From the NCBI GenBank assembly GCA_965209055.1, contig OZ242374.1:1696001-1760000 (forward strand): a stretch of DNA of 64,000 nt. Reading direction: 5' to 3'. Below, one piece after another: positions 20,927-29,100 of this stretch. Numbering within the stretch: position 1 is the first letter of the stretch; the number at the start of each line of letters is the position of its first letter. The translations under genes were made by a program, and so were the position numbers. The DNA is from Acidobacteriota bacterium. GTDB taxonomy: Bacteria > Acidobacteriota > UBA6911 > RPQK01 > JAJDTT01. The notes beneath the pieces were generated by a model. That model did no database searches. It had not been told where the DNA came from and saw only the letters and a list, made by a program, of their open reading frames with translations.

Positions 20927-22543
20927 TTATTCGGAAGAATCAGGACACCCTTGTGGAGGATCAGATGCTGAAACGTTTACTGGATCAGTGTCTTTCCAAT
21001 ACGTCACCTTTGCTTCATAGAACTCAGAATAGTTCGGATGTTCAGGCAATTGGAGTTTGTAACCTCTAGGGTGTTTCCAAATGTCATCAGATGGCACCCG
21101 AATAGACTTCTTGTACCAAATAGGTGATCCAGCCCAAGGTCGTTGATAAGTCACTTCCACTGGATCTGCTTCTTCCATTCGTCGGTGATATGCACTGAGA
21201 TTTGGGTTGTCACTACTTGTTGAGCCGGAGAAGGAGCCCGAACCTCCTATCCTTTCGTGCAGGTGTAATTTGGCAGCGGCAAGGCATTGGCTTTCACCGT
21301 ATTCGGTAATCCAAAATATCTGAGCACCGGTTACATAATCGATTATTGGAGCATACCGAGAATTTTGGTGCGCTCGTCTTTTTCCCTCGTACGGAGGGGT
21401 AGGATAAATCTCAATCCTCTGCACGGCGGGTAGTTCTCCTGTTCTGTCTCTTCTAAAAGCTCCGACGTGGAGGGCTTCATCCCCGGAGACGTTATCAGGA
21501 GCATGAGTAGGGCCTACTCCACCATTTTGAGACAGGACATCCCACCAACCGCCTGGAGAACAATCATCTGGAGAAACGGGAGACGGCCCATCCCAAAAAC
21601 GACGCCAACGCAAAGCGTGCCAATCAGCGTTTCCTTGTTCTCGAGGAAACAACTCCAAAACCATTAAGGTTCGAGGCAGGTAGTCTAAATCGTTGTCTAC
21701 TTCAAGCAGATAGTTGGTGAACCTACCAACCACACGACGATTGACTCGATAGAATTCGGAACCCACATTGATCCCAAACTCATAGACTGGTATTACGATT
21801 TCATCAGTCAGGGTACGGACACACTCATGGGTCTCCAAAACTTTGGGATTTAGATGGTCGTATTCTTTAACGGGAGCCAAAGATGCTTCTACACGACTGC
21901 CACGACTGCATTGAGTCTCATCTAGGATAAAACGGTGTATGGAAGATGCTCCTGGACTCAATCCATAATCTCGTATTGGAAGGACGGTTTTGTCTCCGAC
22001 AGGAATGAAAGGCGTCGCAAAGTAACTGCCTGGGTTCTCAATTGGATCGTACTCGGTGATCCTCCATTGTTGGACGCCTTGACAGTCGTTTCCTTTGGTA
22101 TTCGCTTGGAGGTAAGAAAGATGGATAATCTGGCCGTCATGATGATCTTGGTCAAGATCAACACTTAAGTTACATTGCTCATGTATCATATGAGGGATGT
22201 CTCCGTAAGGAGTTGAGAAGACCCCTCCCTTCGCCCCTGTAAGAAACGCAAACGCAATCAAGACCCTCACAACCTTTTTCGATGTGGAGTTCTTTGATTC
22301 GTTCCGGTCCTTAATCCACAAGATAATAGCAATGAGCAAGGCAAAGGGCAGAGCAGTAAATACGAGTGTTGCTAAGATTGCAGCAATACCTAATCCGCTC
22401 AGTGTCAACCCGAGCAGGATAGATCCTAACGATCCGCTGGCGGCAAGTATGACACCACCTGCGATTATAAGAACTGCAACTAACCCGTGTATACCTTCCT
22501 TATTGTTGAGTATCCCTTCGCACATCTCCCGGAAATCTCGCAT
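20927..22543 (-). CDS. Hypothetical membrane-anchored cargo protein, 538 aa
   Basis: Long ORF in lower-GC DNA, RBS GAGGAGG, N-terminal hydrophobic helices; no family recognised. Confidence 0.65.
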   Translation of the reverse strand: MRDFREMCEGILNNKEGIHGLVAVLIIAGGVILAASGSLGSILLGLTLSGLGIAAILATLVFTALPFALLIAIILWIKDRNESKNSTSKKVVRVLIAFAFLTGAKGGVFSTPYGDIPHMIHEQCNLSVDLDQDHHDGQIIHLSYLQANTKGNDCQGVQQWRITEYDPIENPGSYFATPFIPVGDKTVLPIRDYGLSPGASSIHRFILDETQCSRGSRVEASLAPVKEYDHLNPKVLETHECVRTLTDEIVIPVYEFGINVGSEFYRVNRRVVGRFTNYLLEVDNDLDYLPRTLMVLELFPREQGNADWHALRWRRFWDGPSPVSPDDCSPGGWWDVLSQNGGVGPTHAPDNVSGDEALHVGAFRRDRTGELPAVQRIEIYPTPPYEGKRRAHQNSRYAPIIDYVTGAQIFWITEYGESQCLAAAKLHLHERIGGSGSFSGSTSSDNPNLSAYHRRMEEADPVEVTYQRPWAGSPIWYKKSIRVPSDDIWKHPRGYKLQLPEHPNYSEFYEAKVTYWKDTDPVNVSASDPPQGCPDSSE

Positions 22544-22581
22544 GACCCCTCCTCTCGACTTGGGTAGAATGGTGGGATGGA

Positions 22582-22674
22582 GGCAGGGTGGACGAAGATT
22601 GGATTAAGTCGCCCGACTGAAAATCGGGTAGGGTTGAAAGGCCCTCGCGGGTTCAACACCCGTCCCTGCCACCA
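22582..22674 (+). tRNA. Atypical long-variable-arm tRNA with GAA (Phe) anticodon
   Basis: GGCAGGG/CCCTGCC acceptor, GAC/GTC D-stem, CCCGA-CT GAA AA-TCGGG, V-arm AGGGTT-GAAA-GGCCCT, GCGGG-TTCAACA-CCCGT, A73, encoded CCA. Confidence 0.8.
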
Positions 22675-22704
22675 TCAAGCATCAATATATGATACTTCCC
22701 ATAT

Positions 22705-22968
22705 TCACAGGGGCCAGGTTGGGAACGGTGGAGGAGTCAGCCAGACACACTCATCATTGAAGATTCTCAATGTCCAGCCGTTTTCCTTCTCGCGGAACTT
22801 GGCATGAGCTCTCAACGCTCCTCGGTTGAGGGATTTCACTTTCCATAGCACCGCAGTCTCTTTCGAGAGTCTGGCCAGGTCGGCCCAGGTGATTGGGCCG
22901 TGGACTGACATGAGGTGATCGAGGAATCGAACGTGGTGTTTGAATTCGTGGGGTGCTTTGTGGGACAT
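22705..22968 (-). CDS. Small hypothetical cargo protein, 87 aa
   Basis: AGGAGA RBS before ATG 22968 (MSHKAPHEF...). Confidence 0.45.
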   Translation of the reverse strand: MSHKAPHEFKHHVRFLDHLMSVHGPITWADLARLSKETAVLWKVKSLNRGALRAHAKFREKENGWTLRIFNDECVWLTPPPFPTWPL

Positions 22969-23010
22969 CGACGGGTCTCCTACGCTGTCCAGGTGGAATC
23001 CACCGTGGAC

Positions 23011-23209
23011 TGTTGTCTGCAATCAGCACCCCAGTGCAGATAGGGAGCCGGGTCATCGCAGACAACGCATAGGAAGTCGGAAGTGCTCTTCCAGTCCCTG
23101 CCTATTCGCCCCGTCCGATTCATGACGTCGCACGGTTTATAATGCCTTTTGTATTTGGCAGGTGACCCGGCACAGGATGCGCCACGGGAAACCTACGGCT
23201 GTCTGCAAT
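23011..23209 (-). ncRNA. Predicted structured RNA unit, copy A
   Basis: Interleaved pairings GCAGACAGCCGTAGG/CCTATGCGTTGTCTGC and GCCGGGTCA/TGACCCGGC; conserved in copy B. Confidence 0.55.
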
Positions 23210-23373
23210 GCCGATCATAACAGACAGGACTGGAACGCTCAACTGCCGCTACTCTCGGGAACGGCTCCTCCCTACGCGGGGCAGAGCCCGCCATGATCGT
23301 GAGTCCAACAACCACCTCCTACGTTGCCCGAAAAATTAGCAATCAAAACCAAAATGGCGATGCCTCCGAGCGG

Positions 23374-23555
23374 GTTGTCTACGCCGACGATCCCACGTCT
23401 GCACATTGTGGGAGCCGGGTCATTGCAGACAACACGTAGGAAGTGAAGTTGCTACTTATTTACTCAGCAAGGTCATGACTCCTTGCGATTACGAGCTATT
23501 GCATTCAGTAGCTGACCCGGCACACTTGCGGGAGAACCCTTAGCGTTGTCTACGG
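23374..23555 (-). ncRNA. Predicted structured RNA unit, copy B
   Basis: 23410-23444 matches 23043-23077 at 32/35; same pairings with G-U variants. Confidence 0.55.
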
Positions 23556-23666
23556 GTGGATCTTACTGGAAGGAGGGCTGGATTGCAAACCCGCCCCACC
23601 CACAAAATTTTTCGAGCACTCGAAATACTTCTGAGGTTTGCAGTACAATACAGGTTACAACGAAGA

Positions 23667-23747
23667 TGGCAGGCGCCCCAGGCAGGATTCGAACCTGCAA
23701 CCTTCGGCTGCGATACCGTTGCTCATCCATCTGAGCTTCTGGGGCGC
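23667..23747 (-). ncRNA. tRNA-like RNA (Arg-like body, 6-nt anticodon loop containing TCG)
   Basis: GCTC-AGATGGAT-GAGC D-arm, GCAGG-TTCGAAT-CCTGC T-arm, 9 bp GCGCCCCAG/CTGGGGCGC stem; TATAAT at 23754-23759. Confidence 0.65.
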
Positions 23748-23864
23748 TTCGCCATTATAACCTACTCGGAGGGCAGAAAATGCGTCGTGGGAAGAACCGC
23801 AAGCCAGTTGACATTTTAGCCTTGGCAATGCAGAAAGCGCATCAGCAGGTCAGAGACGGGGACC

Positions 23865-24836
23865 TCAATTCTGAGACTCGTCCGACTCATCATCAGCAGT
23901 CAGATCAAGATACATCAGACGACGGCCGACCAGTCCCGCCACGATGTGCTTCATCTGATCAATAGTATCCAGCTCTCGGATATTGTGACGCTTGGCGAAC
24001 TCACTGACGTATCGGTGTAGGTGCTTTTCACTCATCTTGTGGAAAGTGCCCGTGTAGCCGCGTTTTAACATCGACCAAAAGGACTCCATGCCATTCGTGT
24101 GTGCCATGCCTCTGACATACTCGCCTACTGTGTGCTTGACAGATTCCCGTCTATGGCCCATCCAATCGTAGGCTGGATTCTCGTCTGTGTATGATCTCAC
24201 CCACAAGACAGAGTTTTCCAGGATGAACGTGGAAAGTGTTGCCTTGGTTGTATCGGGAACAACCCTAGCCCTGATCTGATTGGTCGGACGATCTTTCATT
24301 CCCACAACTGCGACTTTGCCAACAGACCCTCGACCAGAGAATTGAGCCCGGCGCTTGGCACTCATATTCCGCCTCTTGCCTCCAATGTAAGTCTCGTCAA
24401 TCTCCACCGGCCCGGACAGAGTCTCTGAGTCGTCCTCGGTCCAGGATTGCCGAAGTCGATGAAGCATGAACCACGCTGTGGCTTGTGTCACATCGATGTC
24501 TCGGTGGAGTTTCATTGAGGAGACTCCCTTGAGGTTCGTAATGTAGATGAAGATCGCCAAGGCCCATTTCTGTAACGGGACGTGGGATCTGGCCAAGGTC
24601 GTGCCAGTGCGGACTGAAAAGTAGCGCCGACAGTCAGAACACCAGTAAGGTTGAGGCCGTCGTTTCGGAGTCTCGTTCGTCTTGACGCTGCCGCAATGCC
24701 CACAGCATCGCTCATCGGGCCAGAGTACGGACTCGAACCATTTTTCCGCGGATTCCTCATCCGGGAACATCTTGAAAAGTTGGATCAGTGAGATTCCTTG
24801 TCGGTAAAACTTGCCTGGAGCTTTTGCTTTCTTCAT
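23865..24836 (-). CDS. IS1595-family transposase
   Basis: Zn finger CGHC...CSDC, VEIDETYIGG, YTDE, HTNGMESFWSMLKR. Confidence 0.95.
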   Translation of the reverse strand: MKKAKAPGKFYRQGISLIQLFKMFPDEESAEKWFESVLWPDERCCGHCGSVKTNETPKRRPQPYWCSDCRRYFSVRTGTTLARSHVPLQKWALAIFIYITNLKGVSSMKLHRDIDVTQATAWFMLHRLRQSWTEDDSETLSGPVEIDETYIGGKRRNMSAKRRAQFSGRGSVGKVAVVGMKDRPTNQIRARVVPDTTKATLSTFILENSVLWVRSYTDENPAYDWMGHRRESVKHTVGEYVRGMAHTNGMESFWSMLKRGYTGTFHKMSEKHLHRYVSEFAKRHNIRELDTIDQMKHIVAGLVGRRLMYLDLTADDESDESQN

Positions 24837-24966
24837 TGTCTCCCTCTCAATTTCCTGAACATTTTATCACAGGACCCTGACATTTTTCTGTAGTAAGTCC
24901 TTTGTTATGTTTAGTTTACACAGATTGTCGTGAGGGCAGTACAATAAAACATGATGGCGGAGGGAT

Positions 24967-25075
24967 GGACACAGCGGGGTACGATCCCGCGACCTCCCAG
25001 TTCTAAGTGCCCGTGGTAGGAAAAATTTTGGGCACCAGAGCCGGGTGTTCTGCCAGCATAAAGAACTATGCGGCC
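24967..25075 (-). ncRNA. tRNA-like RNA with 33-nt insertion in the anticodon loop
   Basis: GGCCGCA/TGTGTCC, GTTC/GAAC D-stem, CCCGG/CTGGG, AGGTC V-loop, GCGGG-ATCGTAC-CCCGC; TAGAAT at 25091-25096. Confidence 0.6.
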
Positions 25076-25127
25076 TTCGTCTCCGCCATCATTCTACCAG
25101 ATTTCCAAGGGGAAGGGAAGATGGTGA

Positions 25128-25292
25128 GGCGCAAAGATTCCTGGCTTTCGGCTCTCCCAAGTGGCTTTCTTGTGGCAAGGGCCTGGGCTGGGGTTACATG
25201 CCCTGGAAGATCGCATCAAACTGGGCGCAAAGATTCCTGGCCCGGGCCTGGGGGAACCTGAAGCTGGGCCTAGGCTGGGGTTACGCGCCCTG
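25128..25292 (+). repeat. Two tandem hairpin units with conserved arms and variable cores
   Basis: GGCGCAAAGATTCCTGGC at 25128 and 25224; GGGCCTRGGCTGGGGTTACRYGCCCTG at 25179 and 25266. Confidence 0.75.
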
Positions 25293-25358
25293 TTGACCAT
25301 CGTAGCGGGTTCGATGTCTTTGGTCAATCAGGGGTACCTAGTCAACTGTATAATCCCC

Positions 25359-27526
25359 AATTGAATGACTGGGTGAATCGGGCCCGATGCTACATTCACG
25401 AGCACCAAGTCGGAAGTGATGGAGGAACCGTTGGCGAAATGGGGGAAATGCAAATGCATGTTGTCCTGCGTGCGCATCGGTGGAACCGGAACCACGGGCA
25501 AGGTCGTGAAGATCCGGTTCTGGAAATCCATCTCCAAAGCCACACCGGTGAACAGAGAATCCTCGGGAGCCATGCACCGAACCGATCCCACGAAGTTCCC
25601 CGTATAGGTCTCGGGGAATAATTCATCAATGAACTGGGCCGTCTGGCCGTGTCCAGCCAGCGGGATATCCACGTCGCCACGCAAGTTGTTCCTTTGCGTC
25701 AGTTGGCAACTCACGGTGATCGGATCCTCTCCCCGGTTACGAATCGCCACTCCAGTATTGATTCCTGATTCTTGGCGCCGCACAGGGAAAATCGCGTCCT
25801 GTACGGCTATTCCCGTACCCACCCCGGCGACTCCCATGTCCGAGCTGTCAAAGCGCAGAACTCCCCCGATGGGACCGTCCGCCACAGCCCTTGCCGATCC
25901 CGTGACCAAATCCCCTCGGCCATGGGTCGAGATCGTGAGTTGTCCCAGGGGTTCTATTTCCTTCCGTACGGTCAGGGACCCGTCGGCCCGGATCAAACGA
26001 TCCTCTCCGACATCCACTATGGATGCCGGGTCTATGAGGTTTCCCTCGGCGTCGAAAAAGTAGAGGGCCGGCTGGATGGGAGTGGCTCCAACATTCACGA
26101 ACACCAACTCGGAGCGAATGGACGCCCCGTTGGCAAATTGGGAGAATTCCAAGGAAAGTCCTGCCAGTACAGTCAGCGGCTCGGCAGATCTGATAAACGT
26201 GTAACCAAGACTGCCCCCAAGCTGGAGCGGGAGCTGTGCGATCTCGACGGTGACCGGAGAAGTCGTTCCAGACTGTCGAGCCACCGAATAAACGTCGCTT
26301 GTCTCTCGCCCTGCGGGAATCGTGACGTGGGATGAATCCCCGCGAAGCATGCCGTTGGTTACAATGATCCGCAGACGGATCTCAAAGGGTGCGCCAGTAG
26401 GCACTCTAAGCTGGAATCGGCCTGGAGCCACCCATTCCATAAAAACGTTGATGAGTAGACGATGCGCCGGATTGTTTCTCATCGTGAAAATTTGCATGGA
26501 AGAGAGACCGAAGAAGATGCCATCTGGCAGGCTGGTCAGCCTATTGTTGTCCAGATAGAGAGTTCGTAGTGAGGAAAGACCGGAGAACGCTCCCGCCGGC
26601 AAACTAACCAGTTTATTCCCACTCAGTACAAGCAGTTGCAGTGTAGAAAGTTCAGCGAAGGCTCCTACCGGAAGGGTAGTCAGCGCACTGTCATTCAGGA
26701 GGAGAGTTCGTATTGAGGTGAGGCCGGAGAACGCTCCCGCCGGCAAGCTGGTCAATTCATTCCCGCCCAGATGGAGATGTATCAGCGAGGAGAGGCCGGT
26801 GAAGGCCCCCACCGGCAGGGTGGTCAGCGCATTGTGAGACAGGCGGAGAAGCTTTAGCGAGGAGAGGCCGGTGAAGGCCCCAGCTGACAGGTTCATCAGC
26901 CCGGTCAGCGGCGTGTTGGGAAAGGATGAGTTGGAAGCACTAGCCAGGTTGAGTTCTTGCAGTGAGGAGAGGCCGGTGAAGGTCCCCGCCATCAGCCCGG
27001 TTAGCTTAGTAAATGACAGGTTGAGTTCTTGCAACGAGGGGAGGCCGGTGAAGGCCCCAGCCGGCAGACTGGTCAACTTTGTACTAGACAGATCGAGAGT
27101 TTCCAGTGAGGAGAGCCCGGTGAACACTCCCGCCGGTAGAGTGGTAAGGGGAGTCAGGTTCAAATAGAGCGTTGTCACCGAAGAAAGTCCCGAGAAATCG
27201 CCGACTCTCAACGCTGTCACTGGTGGCGGCGGCCGTCGTTCGCGGCTGGGGTTGTTCCAATCGGGCGAAGAGTAATACCCGCCGTGAAAAAACTCGCCCT
27301 CAATCGCAGCCAGATGAACCTCGGTCACGTCGGTGCAATCATCTATCCCCGACACCAGACTCACGATCTCGTCGCGCACCTCCGGGGTCCTGTCGCAGAC
27401 GGGGACGATCTGAGCTACGACTGGCTCTGACGCGGCCAGCAGGCCCAAGCTCAAGGTGACGGTTAACAGCGAGCTTCTGGATCGCTGCCGGCAACGATGC
27501 AGAATCTTCGAAAAGTGGACTGACAT
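25359..27526 (-). pseudogene. Secreted leucine-rich-repeat protein, 5' part (interrupted by IS1595 element)
   Basis: RBS GGAGGAG, signal peptide, 24-aa LxxLPxGxFxGLxSLxxLxL repeats; the predicted ORF ends in TIR-derived LGIIQLTRYP. Confidence 0.85.
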
Positions 27527-27724
27527 CTGAATGGCTCCTCCAGGTAGACGGTAGCGGCTCATACTGTATTCAGGGATGCAGAGGGGCTCCTGCTGGCCGA
27601 ATTGTAGTCCGGCCCACCGATCCGGTGGCCCGGGGCCGTACCTCGTTTTTTCCTGATGGGGTCACCGAGTCAGGGGGGTGGCCACGATTTCGGGAGTCCC
27701 AAGTCACACCGAGGGAGATGGACG

Positions 27725-27769
27725 ACGGCCATTAATTTCAGTTTACGGACGCGCTCCAGGGTCTCGCCG
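27725..27769. repeat. dif-like site 4 / direct repeat upstream of the LRR gene
   Basis: ACGGCCATTAA-TTTCAG-TTTACGGACGC, same spacer as site 3. Confidence 0.55.
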
Positions 27770-27943
27770 ACTCCGAGGGCCTCCAGAGTCGATTACAAGA
27801 ATTCGAAAGCGGATCCAACACGTAATTTCGGTCGGGACGCTCTCGGAGGGCTTATACTTCTTCTGGGCCGCGTTTCCGGAGGGCCATGAGTTGATCCGGA
27901 GTTCCCAGGTCTCCATGCAATAGGCAGCTTAGGGGCGCATGAG

Positions 27944-28762
27944 GTGAAGCATCCACCACAGTTCGAACGCATCATTGCAGCCCGCCATCCGGTCCACATT
28001 AAGGCCTTCTGCGTTGGTCAGGCAAAAGCTGGCACAGCATCACTCGTCGGACTGTTGTCAGCCAACTACCGTGCTGCCCATGAGCCTGAGCGCGCGGAGA
28101 CGCTTGAGGTCATCCTCCGCGAAGCTCGAGGCGAAATCTCGTCAGCGGCCATGAGGTCCTATCTTCACGATCGGGCCGCGCGGCTCGACCTTGAGTATGA
28201 CGTAGCTTGGGCGAACCAGTTCATCATCGATCACCTGTTGTCCGTATTTCCAACTGCGAGGTTCATCGTCCTGATTCGCGACTGCTACACGTGGCTCCGG
28301 TCGATCATGGGTCATTTAGTTGGCCGCGACGTACCCCGCGACGTTTTGGATTTCCTCCGGTGGTGGTTCAAGCCAGAGCTGCATCCACACAATCCTCACG
28401 ATCAAATTCTTGCGGATCTCGGTCTTTTTTCGATAGCTGCGTATCTATATGCGTGGAACCGGCACGTTGACACGTGCACCGGTTCGATTCCCGTAGATCA
28501 GCGACTGATGCTGCGGACGCACGAGTTGGACTCATCACATCAACGCCTAGCGGAGTTTCTACAGATACCGGTGGGATCGCTTGATAGCGCATCTGGACAC
28601 CGGAATCGCGGCAGGTGGTCGGAGCGGATTGAGTCCCTCGTGGAGCCAGCTTACATTGACGATATGGTCCATTCAGTCTGCGGCGCCAACATGCAGCTGC
28701 ACTTTCCCGAAATCGGAAGCATTCACGACGTTTCGAGATTAGGGGCCGATCGCGGCACCTGA
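27944..28762 (+). CDS. Sulfotransferase-family protein
   Basis: FCVGQAKAGTASL (5'-PSB loop), HEP, ARFIVLIRD...WLRS. Confidence 0.7.
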   Translation: MKHPPQFERIIAARHPVHIKAFCVGQAKAGTASLVGLLSANYRAAHEPERAETLEVILREARGEISSAAMRSYLHDRAARLDLEYDVAWANQFIIDHLLSVFPTARFIVLIRDCYTWLRSIMGHLVGRDVPRDVLDFLRWWFKPELHPHNPHDQILADLGLFSIAAYLYAWNRHVDTCTGSIPVDQRLMLRTHELDSSHQRLAEFLQIPVGSLDSASGHRNRGRWSERIESLVEPAYIDDMVHSVCGANMQLHFPEIGSIHDVSRLGADRGT

Positions 28763-28970
28763 TTTCCCTGTGTCAAGAAAACAAACTGGACCCTTCAGCA
28801 CCACCCATGCCGGTTTCGGGTTTGAGAGGTGATGCTTCCCGGGAGCCGGAGGAAAACGCCGCATCCTCAGCTGACGGGTTCAGCCGGCCCGGCGAGTTCG
28901 CGCGGCCGGCGAGCGAGTTAGACGAGCGTCCCAGCCAGCGCAGATCATCGGGAATCAGGGGCGTGGCTTA

Positions 28971-28998
28971 GAATACGATAAAGTATATTATGCGTATC
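28971..28998 (-). other. dif-like site 5
   Basis: Minus strand GATACGCATAA-TATACT-TTATCGTATTC (11-6-11), resembling E. coli dif GGTGCGCATAA-TGTATA-TTATGTTAAAT. Confidence 0.6.
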
Positions 28999-29100
28999 TA
29001 ATGTGGCCTCTCTGGAGTCAGTCCTGAAGACTCACGTTTCGCTTACCGAAACGCAATGAATCAAGAAGGCGACAGTCTATTCCCCTTAAGATCAAGCCCC

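Larger units (their letters stand above)
20560..25358. mobile_element. IS1595-family (ISNwi1-group-like) element with passenger cargo, 4799 bp
   Basis: TIR GGGGATTATACAGTTGACTAGG at 20560-20581 and 25337-25358 (28/30 when extended); 8 bp TSD AATTGAAT at 20552-20559 and 25359-25366; internal DDE transposase. Confidence 0.95.
17596..29100. mobile_element. Genomic island, no integrase visible
   Basis: Flanking direct repeats, visibly lower GC, TA-like pair, IS1595 element, dif-like sites. Confidence 0.7.

Noticed and set aside
23575-23596. Fourth tRNA (Cys-like TT GCA AA hairpin)
   Set aside because: No D arm, T arm or acceptor stem; it looks like an isolated REP-type hairpin.
25001-25040. Group I intron or archaeal BHB intron in the tRNA-like gene
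   Set aside because: 33 nt is far too short for self-splicing, and the required 4-bp helix with two 3-nt bulges cannot be drawn.
25128-25292. c-di-GMP-I riboswitch (GCAAAG...GGGGTTAC resemblance)
   Set aside because: Only the P3-like part resembles it; the upstream GCAAA and GNRA-capped P2 are missing, and no gene lies downstream on that strand.
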